Shown in pieces: positions 16,375 to 25,472 of a stretch of 64,000 nt of DNA (position 1 is its first letter; every line of letters begins with the position of its first letter). Origin of the DNA: an uncultured bacterium (lineage in GTDB: Bacteria; Sysuimicrobiota; Sysuimicrobiia; Sysuimicrobiales; Sysuimicrobiaceae); assembly GCA_964437095.1 (NCBI GenBank), contig CAYTFH010000014.1:1428-65427 (forward strand), given 5' to 3'. Made by a program: the position numbers and the translations under genes. The notes under the pieces were generated by a model. That model had not been told where the DNA came from, made no database searches, and saw only the letters and a list, made by a program, of their open reading frames with translations.

Positions 16375-19045
16375 GGCGCCGCTCCCCCGCGGGCCTGCCG
16401 CAGTTCCACCACCTCCACCGCCGCCGCGGCCGCGAGCCCCGGAGCCAGGCACGCCAACACCTGCCCCGCCGTCAGGGCCTGGGTGTGGAAGTACGGCGGG
16501 AGGGCCGGCACGTACACCACCGCCGCCAGCAACACCGCGCCCGCAAATACGGAAACCGCGAGGGCGGGGTTGGTCGCGGTCCCGCGCCACAGGGGCTTGG
16601 AGCTGCGCACCGCGTACACGTTGAAGAACTGCGCCACCGTGAGGGCGGCGAACACCGACGTCTGCCACGCTGGCCCCCCCCGCCGGTAGAAGTACGCGCC
16701 CACCGCCAGGGTCGCGATCCCCATGAGCAACCCCACCCACACCACGTGCACCGCGTGTCCGGGCGTGAGGAGGGGTTCCCGTGGCCTGCGCGGCGGACGG
16801 CGCATCACGTCGCCCTCGGGGGGTTCCACGCTCAGGGCCAGGGCCGGCGGCCCGTCCGTGACCAGGTTGATCCGCAGGACCCGCAGGGGGTACAAGGGGA
16901 AGGGCAATCCGGCGAGGCTCGCGGCCAGGACCGTCCACAGCTCCGCCACGTTGGTGGTGAACAGGTACCGGACGAACTTGCGCACGTTGTCGAACACCAC
17001 CCGCCCTTCCTCCACGGCCGCCACCACGGTGGCGAAGTTGTCGTCCAGGAGCACCACCGCGCTGGCCTCCCGCGCCACCTCCGTGCCGCTGCCCATGGCC
17101 ACCCCCACCTCCGCCCGGCGGAGGGCCGGGCCGTCGTTGACCCCGTCCCCCGTCACCGCCACCACCTCCCCCTGCGCCTGCAGGGCCTCCACCAGCACGA
17201 GCTTCTGCTCGGGGACCACTCGCGCGAACACACAAGCCTGCCGCACCGCCTCCAGCACCTGCTCGCGCGTCATGGCCTCCAGCTCCGGCCCCGTGACCAG
17301 GCGTTGCGGCCCGGGGTCTGCGATGCCGGCTTCCCGCGCCACCGCCAGGGCGGTGGCGGGGTGGTCTCCGGTCACCATCACCACCCGCACGCCGCGGCGC
17401 GGCATTTGCGCACCGCCTCCGGAAACTCGGGCCGCAAGGGGTCCACAAGCCCCGCTAGTCCCAGGAACACCAGATCCTCCTCCGCTTCCAGCTCCGTGGA
17501 GGGCAGCGCCTCCCGCGCCCCGCACACCAGGGCCGGCACCCGCGCCCCGCTGCGCGCCAGCTCTTCCACCTTCTCGTCCACCCGGTGGCGCTCCGCCCCT
17601 TCCAGCATCTCACGCCGGCCGGCTTTCCAGACCCACCGGCACCGCGACAGCACCACCTCGGGAGCGCCCTTCACCAGCACCAGGTAGCCGTCGGCGAGCC
17701 CCTCGGGGAGCCGATCGGGCTCCAGCACCCGGTGGACCGTGGTCATGCGTGTGCGCCCGCCGTCGAAGGGCCACTCCGCACGGCGGGGCAGAACCCGATG
17801 CCAGTGGTCCCGCCGGTACCCGCAGGACGCCACGCCCCGGGCCAGGGCCACGTCCACCGGGTCGCCCACGGCGCCCCCTCCCTCGTCCACCTCCGCGCCG
17901 TTGCACAGGCACGCGGCCACGGGCGCCCAGTTCACTTCGCCCGTGCTCCCGTCCGGGGTTCGTGCGGGGCCGTCAGGCGTCCACACCTCCACCAGGGTCA
18001 GGCGGTTCTCCGTGAGCGTGCCCGTCTTGTCGGTGCAGATGACCGTGACGCTGCCGAGGGTCTCCACCGCGGGGAGCTTCCGGACCAGGGCCCGGCGCTT
18101 CAGCATGCGCTGGGCGCCCAGACTCAGGGCCAGGGTCAGGACCACGGGCAGGCCCTCCGGTGCCGCGGCCACCGCCAGGCTCGCCGCCATCAGCCACACC
18201 CGGGCCGGATCCTCCCCGCGGGCGAAGCCCAGGGCCGCCACCACCAGCACGATGGCCGCGGCGAACACCCCCAGGGTTCGCGCGGGCCGCTCCAGGCGCC
18301 GCTGGAGTGGCGTGGCCTCGGGCCGCGTGGCCGCCACCAGCCCCGCCACCCGCCCCAGCTCCGTGCGCGACCCCGTGGCCACCATCACCGCCGCCCCGCG
18401 CCCCGCGGTTACCAACGTCCCCATGTACACCAGGCTCCGTCGGTCCGACACCGGGGTGTCAGCCGCCACCGCCTCCGGGCCCTTGTCCACGGGCACGGAC
18501 TCGCCCGTGAGGGCCGACTCGTCGGCCCGCAAACCCACCGCCTCCACCACCCGCGCGTCGGCGGGCACCCTGTCCCCCGCTTCCAGCAGGATCACGTCGC
18601 CGGGCACCAGGTGCGCGCTGGACAGCTCCTGCACCCGGCCGGCCCGGCGCACTTGCGCCTTGGGCACTGCGAGCTTCCTCAAAGCCGCCATGGCCCGCTC
18701 CGCCCGGTACTCCTGCACGAACCCCAGCGCCGCGTTCAGCACCACCACCGCGCCGATGGCCACCGCCTCCTTCGCGTTGCCCAGCAGGGAAACCGCGAGG
18801 GCCGCGAGAAGCACTCCCACCAGGGCGCTCTTGAACCGGGCCCCGAGCAGCCGCACCGGGCTCGGCCCGCTCCTCTCCGGGAGCACGTTCGGGCCTAGGA
18901 CGCGGGCGCGTCGCGCAGCCTCTTCGGGTGCCAGCCCGCGAGCCAGGTCGGTGCCCAAGCGCACGGCCACCTCCTCCGGCGCCAGGGCGTACCAGGGGAC
19001 CGTGTCTTGTTGCACCGGAACGGGGATTCCGGAGGCGTGCCGCAC
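16371..19045 (-). pseudogene. cation-transporting P-type ATPase (type IIA, Ca2+-ATPase-like), split by a single-base frameshift near 17390..17400
   Basis: The N-terminal ORF 17378..19192 has TGES, PEGLP and DKTGTLT, and ends ...EAVRKCRAAACGW*. The C-terminal ORF 16371..17525, in another frame, continues ...GVRVVMVTGDHP...TGDGVNDGPAL. Joining the two needs one extra nucleotide in gccgcggcg. The 5' start is approximate (GTG 19045 or 19015). Confidence 0.8.
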
Positions 19046-19104
19046 GCCCCCATGGTACCCGGTCCCGGGCAGGGAAGGGGTCCGGTGCAAACGAGGAGGG
19101 AACC

Positions 19105-19983
19105 GTGCCGCGCAAGGTGAGCCACATCCTCGCCCCCACGGACTTTTCTGAGGCCTCCGAGTCCTCCAGCGAGTGGGCCGCGTGGCTGGCACAGCGTCTC
19201 GGTGCCCGGGTGACCTTCCTCCACGCTTTGGAAGTGGAGTGGTGGGCGGTGCCGGAGGAGGTATCGGGTCACGGCAACACCATCCAACAGCTCCGGCAGG
19301 CCGCGGCTCGGTGGGCGGAACAGGAGCTGGGGCGGTGGAGCCAGCGCTTCGGCGGAGGTGAGGGGGCGCTCCGGGAGGGTTCTCCCCGGGACGTCATCCC
19401 CCAGGTGTGTGGGGAACTGCAGGCGGACCTGGTGTGCATGGGCACCCACGGCCGGAGCGGGCTCGCCCGCGCGTTCTTCGGCAGCGTGGCCGAGCAAGTG
19501 GTCCGGACCAGCCCCGTACCGGTCCTCACGGTGCGGCCCGGACATCCCCCTCGCGTGGGCCGGGTGCTGGTGGCCACGGACTTTTCACCGCCCGCTCAGG
19601 AGGCCGTGGAGTACGCCAGGACTTTGGCCGCGGCGTGCGGGGCAGAGGTGGTGGTCCTGCACGTGGTGGAGCTGGACCCGGAGACGTTTGCCTCCGTCCC
19701 CCGGGAGGTGCTGGCGCCCGCGGTGGGCGAGCAGATCCGCGACTACCTGGTGGAGCACGCCACCCGGCGCCTGAAGGCCGTGGTCCGGGAGGGCGAGCGG
19801 GTGGAGGTCCGCCTGGGCGCCGCGGGCAGCGGGGTGGTGCAGGCGGCGGAGGAGTTGGGCGCGGACCTGGTCTGCATGGGCACGCGGGGCCGCCGGGGGC
19901 TTGGCCACGCGCTGCTGGGCAGCGTGGCGGAGTACGTGCTGCGGCGCAGCCGGCTGCCCGTGCTCACCTGCCGGGCGCGGTAG
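19105..19983 (+). CDS. tandem universal stress protein (two UspA domains)
   Basis: It lies in frame with ORF 18928..19983. The start is GTG 19105, with GAGGAGG 5 nt upstream. It contains two copies of the ...ILAPTDFS / VLVATDFS ... G(T)HGRSGL....GSVAE.V.R....PVL(T)V pattern. Confidence 0.85.
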   Translation: MPRKVSHILAPTDFSEASESSSEWAAWLAQRLGARVTFLHALEVEWWAVPEEVSGHGNTIQQLRQAAARWAEQELGRWSQRFGGGEGALREGSPRDVIPQVCGELQADLVCMGTHGRSGLARAFFGSVAEQVVRTSPVPVLTVRPGHPPRVGRVLVATDFSPPAQEAVEYARTLAAACGAEVVVLHVVELDPETFASVPREVLAPAVGEQIRDYLVEHATRRLKAVVREGERVEVRLGAAGSGVVQAAEELGADLVCMGTRGRRGLGHALLGSVAEYVLRRSRLPVLTCRAR

Positions 19984-20028
19984 GGGGCGCACTTCGGGGA
20001 AAACTGGGCACGCCATCTACCACCGGGG

Positions 20029-20940
20029 GTGCGGGTGTCGGAGATCGAGCTGCTGGGTGAGGGTTGCGGCTACCTGCCCGGGGCGGTGAACGTGGGGGTG
20101 GTGTGGGGGCCTGACGGCCGCGCGGTGGCCGTGGACACCGGCGGGGACCGCGACGCGGGCCGCCACCTGCTGCGCGCGGTGCAGGCCCGCTCCCTGCGGC
20201 TGGTGGCGGTGGTGAACACCCACTCCCACGCGGACCACTACGGCGGCAACGAGTACCTCCTGCGTCAGGTGCCGGACCTAGAGGTGTGGGCCCCCGTGGT
20301 GGAGGAGGCGGTGCTGCGGTACCCGTACCTGGAACCCTTCTCCCTGTACGGGGCCCGGCCCCCCGAGCCTTTGCAGAACAAGTGGCTCATGGCCAGGGCC
20401 TCCGCGGTCCACCACGTGTACGACACCGTGGACGGGGAGCTGGAGGTGGCCGGGCTCGTGCTGCGGGTGCACCGCGCGGACGGACACGCGGTGCGGCAGG
20501 CCGCGGTGGGCTTCGGGGGCGTGTGCTACGCTGCGGACGCCTTCTTCGGGCCCGAGGTCCTGGACAAGTACGAGGTCCCCTTCACCCACGACGTGGCCGG
20601 GCAGCTGTCCACCCTCCAGCGCCTGCGGACGTGGCCGTACGAGGTGTTCGTTCCCGGCCACGGCAGCCCCGTGCCCCGCGACCTGCTGCCCCGGGTCGTC
20701 GACGCCAACGAGCAGGCGGTGCGCCGCACCACGGAGCGGGTCCTGGAAGCGGTGGGCCCGGGGGCCACCTCGGACGAGGTGGTGCACCGGGTGGCGGCGG
20801 GCCTGCGGAACCCTCCCGCCAACCCGTCCACGTACTTCCTCCTGCGGTCGACCGTGATGGGCCACCTGGCGTACCTGCTGGAGGCGGGACGGGTGGACTG
20901 GACCGTGGAACGGGGCGTGCTGCGCTGGACGCCTCGGTAG
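20029..20940 (+). CDS. MBL-fold metallo-hydrolase
   Basis: The 303-aa product has VVNTHSHADHYGGN (HxHxDH) and a later PGHG motif. Confidence 0.8.
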   Translation: MRVSEIELLGEGCGYLPGAVNVGVVWGPDGRAVAVDTGGDRDAGRHLLRAVQARSLRLVAVVNTHSHADHYGGNEYLLRQVPDLEVWAPVVEEAVLRYPYLEPFSLYGARPPEPLQNKWLMARASAVHHVYDTVDGELEVAGLVLRVHRADGHAVRQAAVGFGGVCYAADAFFGPEVLDKYEVPFTHDVAGQLSTLQRLRTWPYEVFVPGHGSPVPRDLLPRVVDANEQAVRRTTERVLEAVGPGATSDEVVHRVAAGLRNPPANPSTYFLLRSTVMGHLAYLLEAGRVDWTVERGVLRWTPR

Positions 20941-20977
20941 GTCCCGTCCCACGACCCCGAGACGCCGGGTCACCCGT

Positions 20978-21006
20978 TTGACAGACGGGTGGGGGCGTGC
21001 TACGCT
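20978..21006 (+). promoter_or_regulatory. possible sigma-A-type promoter of the cold-shock gene (TTGACA-17 nt-TACGCT)
   Basis: TTGACA lies at 20978..20983, followed by a 17-nt spacer and TACGCT at 21001..21006. It leaves a ~60-nt leader containing the hairpin CGGGCG-GAGTTCT-CGCCCG ahead of AAAGGAG and ATG 21072. Confidence 0.35.
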
Positions 21007-21071
21007 CGGGCGGAGTTCTCGCCCGGGCGGGATGCTCAAAAATCCAAGGCAAGGCCGAAAGGAGCAAGGGA

Positions 21072-21272
21072 ATGGCAGAAGGCACGGTCAAGTGGTTCAA
21101 CGCGGAGAAGGGCTACGGCTTCATCTCCGTGGACGGTGGGAAGGACGTGTTCGTCCACTACACCGCCATCGCCATGGACGGCTACCGCACCCTCCAGGAG
21201 GGGCAGCGGGTGCAGTTCGACGTGGTGGACGGCCGGAAGGGCCCGCAGGCGGCCAACGTCCGCCCGCTGTAA
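21072..21272 (+). CDS. cold-shock protein (CspA family)
   Basis: [33 protein letters not shown]......[19 protein letters not shown] carries the RNP1/RNP2 motifs. The RBS is AAAGGAG. Confidence 0.92.
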   Translation: MAEGTVKWFNAEKGYGFISVDGGKDVFVHYTAIAMDGYRTLQEGQRVQFDVVDGRKGPQAANVRPL

Positions 21273-21295
21273 GCGCCGGTCCGCGCAAGGCACAA

Positions 21296-21325
21296 GGGGC
21301 CCCGCCACGCGGGGCCCCTCGCTTT
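21296..21325. terminator. GC-rich hairpin between convergent csp and AEC-transporter genes (probable bidirectional terminator)
   Basis: GGGGCCCCGC-cac-GCGGGGCCCC forms a 10-bp stem, followed by tcgctttccc. It lies between the stops at 21272 (+) and 21388 (-). Confidence 0.5.
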
Positions 21326-21387
21326 CCCAGCAGGGGGAACGGTCGGCTGAAAGCTCCTCCAGGCGGCTGCGGTGCCCACGCTGGCCG

Positions 21388-22281
21388 TCACAGCAGCCAG
21401 GACAGCAGGGCGCTCACCGACAGGAAGCTCGCCAGGGTGGTGGCGAACACCGCGCTGGCCACGAACCCCGGCTCGCAGCCGAACTCGGAGGCAAACAGGA
21501 AGGTGTTCACCGCCGCGGGCATGGCCGCCACCACCACGAACACGTCCCGCGCCAGCCCCTGCAGACCCACCAACGACGCCACCCCCGCGGCCACCGCAGG
21601 GGAGACCGCCAGCCGCAACGCCGCGGCCACGAGCAAGGGTACGGACGGCTCCACCCCGCTCCCCTGGGCCAACTGGATGCCCAGGGTCACCACCAGGAGC
21701 GGTACCGCGCCCGAAGCCAGGGTGCCCACCGCGCGGTCCAACCACTCGGGGACCTTCCACCCCGTGGCCATCACCAGCAGCGCCGCCACCACCGCGTAGA
21801 CGAGAGGGAGGCGCAACATGTCCCGCACCGCCCGGCCCAAGCCCCCTCCGCTGCCCCAGGCCGCGGTCAGACCCGCGGTGAGGTTGGCCACGGTGGCGTT
21901 CACCACGAAGATCAGGGTGGCGGCCTGGAAGCCCGGCTGCCCGAAGGCGAAGAGGGATACCGGAAGGCCGTAGTTGCCCGCGTTGTAGTGGAAGGCGGGC
22001 AGCAGGAAGGCAGCCCGGCGCCGGCCCCGCAGTGCCAGGGCCTCCGAGGCGCCCAACCCCAGGGCCAACATAGCGAACAGGTGCGCCACCGTGGCGGCCA
22101 GCAGCCGTGGGGTGTAGTCCACCGCCAGGGGCGAGCGGGTCAGGGACTGGAAGACCAGGGCGGGCGCGAACAGGTACATGGACACGGGCGCCAGGCTCGA
22201 GACCTCCACGGGCCGGTACCGGCCAAGCAGGTAGCCCGTGAGCACCAGCAGGACCACGGGCCCGACCACGTTCAGCAGCAC
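21388..22281 (-). CDS. AEC-family (auxin efflux carrier-like) transporter
   Basis: The 297-aa polytopic membrane protein starts MLLNVVGPVVLLVLTGYLLGR....S.....L.FAPALVF, an N-terminus typical of the family. Confidence 0.85.
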   Translation of the reverse strand: MLLNVVGPVVLLVLTGYLLGRYRPVEVSSLAPVSMYLFAPALVFQSLTRSPLAVDYTPRLLAATVAHLFAMLALGLGASEALALRGRRRAAFLLPAFHYNAGNYGLPVSLFAFGQPGFQAATLIFVVNATVANLTAGLTAAWGSGGGLGRAVRDMLRLPLVYAVVAALLVMATGWKVPEWLDRAVGTLASGAVPLLVVTLGIQLAQGSGVEPSVPLLVAAALRLAVSPAVAAGVASLVGLQGLARDVFVVVAAMPAAVNTFLFASEFGCEPGFVASAVFATTLASFLSVSALLSWLL

Positions 22282-22336
22282 CGCCGGCTCCGCTGGGTCC
22301 TCCGGACGGCCCCGACCCGCAAGCCGGGGGCAGCGC

Positions 22337-22810
22337 TCAGCGCGGGGAGGGCCGGCGCGCGGCCGCCTTCCGCTTGGGACGTGGGCTGGCCGCGGGTGCC
22401 GCGGCCTTGGGGAGCCGCTCCTCCTCCCACGTGACGATGCTGTGGAAGTACACGCGGTCCCCTTCGTCCAGCCCCCGGGTGACCTCCGTGATGTGGACGT
22501 TCTTGGCCCCGAACTCCCCCAGGGCGTACTCCACGGCCGCCTCGGGTTTCGCGTCCTCGCCGCACGTGTAGATGTCCAGGGCCACGTACCCCGTCTCCGG
22601 CCACGTGTGCACCGAGAGGTGGGACTCGGAGATGACCACCACCCCGCTCACGCCCACGGGGGAGAACCGGTGGAAGGAGATGGCCCAGATCTGTACACCC
22701 GCCACCTCCGCGGCCCGGGTCATGATCTGCTCCACCCGTTCCACCTTGCTGATGACCTCCGGGTCGCACCCCGAGGCTTCCACGATGTAGTGGTGTCCCA
22801 CCGTGTCCAT
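22337..22810 (-). CDS. speD: S-adenosylmethionine decarboxylase proenzyme (pyruvoyl, SpeH/SpeD type)
   Basis: ATG 22810 gives MDTVGHHYIVEASGC... and the self-cleavage motif VVVISESHLSVHTWPE, then YVALDIYTCGE. It has an unusual basic Pro/Ala-rich C-terminal tail. Confidence 0.88.
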   Translation of the reverse strand: MDTVGHHYIVEASGCDPEVISKVERVEQIMTRAAEVAGVQIWAISFHRFSPVGVSGVVVISESHLSVHTWPETGYVALDIYTCGEDAKPEAAVEYALGEFGAKNVHITEVTRGLDEGDRVYFHSIVTWEEERLPKAAAPAASPRPKRKAAARRPSPR

Positions 22811-23014
22811 GGGCGCCCTCCTGCCGTCGCGTCCCCGCGTTCTCGACCCCCAAACACACACGTCCCCGGGCGTGACGCAGGCCACGCCCAGGGACGGCTC
22901 GTTTTGATCACGACCATGCTAAGGACACCTGGGCCCCCGGGTCAAGGGACCCGGCCTCAGCCTGAGGAAAATGCGCGAAAACCGCCCGTCACACGACCGC
23001 GCTATGCTGGCGGT

Positions 23015-23969
23015 GTGCGGCGGGTGGGCGTCTGCGTTCTCTTGAGCACCGCGGTGCTGGCCACCGCCTGCACGGTGGTGTTCCGCACCGCCCCGGTGGT
23101 CCTCTCAGGACTGTACGTGGCCAACGCCGGTGGAGACTCCGTGACCGTTTACCGGCTCGACGCCTCCGGTGACTCCCCGCCCCTCCGGGCCCTGGTAGGT
23201 CCCAACACCCGGCTCCTGGTGCCCGTGGCCCTGCTCCTGGACGCGTCCGACGCGCTGTACGTGGCCAACGTGTCCGGCAACCGGGTGACGGTGTACCCCC
23301 CTGGGGCTGCCGGGAACGCGGGCCCCATCCGGGTCCTGGAAGGATCGGAGACCCTGCTGTCGGGTCCGTCCGGCCTCGCCCTGGATCCCTTGGGCCGGCT
23401 GTACGTGGCGAACGCTGCGCCGTCGCGGATCACCGTCTACCCCGCAGGCGCTCACGGCAACACCAGGCCCCTCCGTGTCCTGGAAGGACCTCTGACCCAA
23501 CTCGCAGCACCTCGCGGGCTGGCCCTGGACCTGCGCGGAAACCTGTTCGTGGCCAACTCCGCGGCCCACAGCATCCTCGTGTTCGACGCCGCCGCCTCCG
23601 GCGACGTACCGCCCCGGCGCCGGATTTCGGGGAGCCTCACCCAACTCCTTGAGCCCTCCGCGGTAGCCATCGACAGCTTCGGCAGGCTCTACGTGGCGAA
23701 CGCGGCCGGAAACTCCGTCACCGTGTATCCCCCGGACGCCTCCGGGAACGTCCCTCCAGAGCGCCGCCTGGCGGGCCCCTCCACGGCTCTGGCCGTCCCC
23801 CACGGCCTGGCCGTGGACGCTGCCGGCAGCCTGGTGGTGGCGAACGCGGGCGGCCCTTCGGTGACCGTGTACCCGCCGGGAGTGGCGGGGGACAGCCCGC
23901 CGCTACGGACCATCGTCGGACTGAGTACCGGCCTGAACCTGCCCCTGGGGCGTGGCGGTGCGCCCCTAA
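23015..23969 (+). CDS. six-bladed NHL/beta-propeller repeat lipoprotein (3' end requires a 1-nt frame correction near 23947..23950)
   Basis: It lies in frame with ORF 22238..24448. GTG 23015 gives MRRVGVCVLLSTAVLATAC (lipoprotein-like signal), then 6 repeats of P.GLA.D..G.LYVAN...N.VTVYP....G...P.R.L.G. As sequenced, the frame runs on to 24448 across a convergent gene. Removing one G from GGGG (23947..23950) gives ...LNLPLGVAVRP* ending at TAA 23967..23969. Confidence 0.65.
23111..23966 (+). repeat. six tandem 144-nt (48-codon) coding repeats (propeller blades)
   Basis: The CTG-TAC/TTC/GTG-GTG-GCC/GCG-AAC (L-Y/F/V-V-A-N) landmark recurs at 23111, 23255, 23399, 23543, 23687 and 23831. The spacing is exactly 144 nt each time. 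Confidence 0.85.
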
Positions 23970-24017
23970 CGGCTCACCCCACGCTGTGGCGCGCACCACG
24001 CCCTTCCTCGGCGCCGT

Positions 24018-24476
24018 CTACCGCAGGATCCAGCGCACCCCGGCCAGCACGCCCGTGGAGACGGCGGTCACCACCACCCCCGCGGCCACCACCCCCGCGG
24101 CCACCGCGCCCCACGCCCGCAGCTTCGGAAGCCCCAGCAGCCAGCCCAGCAATGTCCCCGCGTACGCCCCCGTGCCCGGCAGGGGCACCGCCACGAACAG
24201 GGCGAGCCCCACGACCTGGTACCGCCGCACGTACCCCTCTCCCCTCCGCCGCAAGCGGTCCACCCGGGCCCGCACCCACGGCCACCGGGACAGCCCGCGG
24301 GCGTAGCACCAGTCCAACAACAGCCACCCCACGGGCACCACCACGAGGTTGGCCGCGGTGCACACCGCGAACGCCGCCGCAGGGCTGTAGCCCAGCGCCA
24401 GGGCCAGGGGGATGGAGCCCCGGAGCTCCACCCACGGGACCAGGCTGAGGCCCGCCGCCCACACGAGACCGCTCAC
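24018..24476 (-). CDS. small multidrug-export-like membrane protein (COG2426 / Sm_multidrug_ex-type)
   Basis: This is the tail of ORF 24018..24629. The product reads LVPWVELRGSIPLALALG...VVVPVGWLLLDW...LALFVAVPLPGTGAYAGTLLGWLLGL. GTG 24476 forms a GTGA overlap with the thioesterase stop. Confidence 0.7.
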   Translation of the reverse strand: MSGLVWAAGLSLVPWVELRGSIPLALALGYSPAAAFAVCTAANLVVVPVGWLLLDWCYARGLSRWPWVRARVDRLRRRGEGYVRRYQVVGLALFVAVPLPGTGAYAGTLLGWLLGLPKLRAWGAVAAGVVAAGVVVTAVSTGVLAGVRWILR

Positions 24477-25429
24477 CGCGCGCTCCGCAGCCGCGCCTGG
24501 CGGGCCCGCCGGCGCAGCTCCGCCTGCTCCCACCGGCGCCGCTCCGCCTCGGTTTCCGGCCGGTAGGGCGGCAACGGCTGGGGCCGCCCGTGGAGGTCCG
24601 TGTGGACCATGGTGACGAAGGTACTGCACGTGTGGTGGACCTGGCCGGACCGCGGGTCCTCACCCAGGACCCGCACGCCCACTTCCATGGACGTCCGTCC
24701 CACGTGGTTGAGGGCGGCCCGGTAGTGCACCACCTGCCCCACGTGGATCGGGTGCAGGAAGTCCAGGTCGTCCACGGAGGCGGTGACCACCGGACCCCGC
24801 GCGTACCGCATGGCCACGATGGAGGCTACCTGGTCCAGGTCCATGAGCAGCCTGCCCGCGAACATGAGGTTGCCCGCCACCGCGTCCTCCGGGAGCACCA
24901 GCCGGCAGGTCTCCAGGTGGCACCGGGGCGGCGGGTCCTCCGGCTCCGGCCGGCGGCGCTGGACCAGGCGCTGGTGGCGGACCTTGCGGCGCTGCAGCGC
25001 CTGCTCCTGCATCCGCTCCTCCTCCGGCCCGTGGGCCACCACCTGCGCCCCCACGGGCCGCGGGCGGCCGGCTTCGTCCACCGCCACGAAGGCCAGGGAC
25101 GCCCGGGTGGCGAGGGCGGTGGTCCCCGTGGCGGGCTCCTCCACGTGTACCTCCACGTCCACCTCCATGGATGACCGGCCCACCAGGGGCACCACCGCCG
25201 CCAGGTGCAGCATCTGGCCCGCCAGCACGGGCTGGAAGAAGTCCAGCGCGTCCATGGAGCCCAGGACCACCATCCCGCGGGCCAGCCGCGAGCCAGCCAG
25301 GGTGCCCACGGTGACGATCCAGCTCATCATGCGGCCGCCGTACAGGGAACCGCGGTCGTTGGTGTGCTCGGGGAACACCATGTGCACGGTCTCCGTGCGG
25401 GTGTCAGCCACGCGAAAGGCGCGGATCAC
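24473..25429 (-). CDS. acyl-CoA thioesterase, double hotdog domain
   Basis: The 318-aa product has two copies of the ...P...N..G.L.GG.....D......A........VT.S.D.L.F..P...G pattern (VHMVFPEHTNDRGSLYGGRMM and LVLPEDAVAGNLMFAGRLL). Confidence 0.85.
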   Translation of the reverse strand: MIRAFRVADTRTETVHMVFPEHTNDRGSLYGGRMMSWIVTVGTLAGSRLARGMVVLGSMDALDFFQPVLAGQMLHLAAVVPLVGRSSMEVDVEVHVEEPATGTTALATRASLAFVAVDEAGRPRPVGAQVVAHGPEEERMQEQALQRRKVRHQRLVQRRRPEPEDPPPRCHLETCRLVLPEDAVAGNLMFAGRLLMDLDQVASIVAMRYARGPVVTASVDDLDFLHPIHVGQVVHYRAALNHVGRTSMEVGVRVLGEDPRSGQVHHTCSTFVTMVHTDLHGRPQPLPPYRPETEAERRRWEQAELRRRARQARLRSAR

Positions 25430-25472
25430 GGGCAGTGCGCTGCGGCCGGCACCGCCGGGGGCCTCTCCGGGC

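Noticed and set aside
22238-23014. The 5' extension of the 736-aa ORF upstream of the propeller lipoprotein.
   Set aside because: It overlaps the AEC transporter and speD genes on the opposite strand and translates to low-complexity Arg/Pro/Gly sequence. A signal-peptide-encoding GTG at 23015 is the sensible start.
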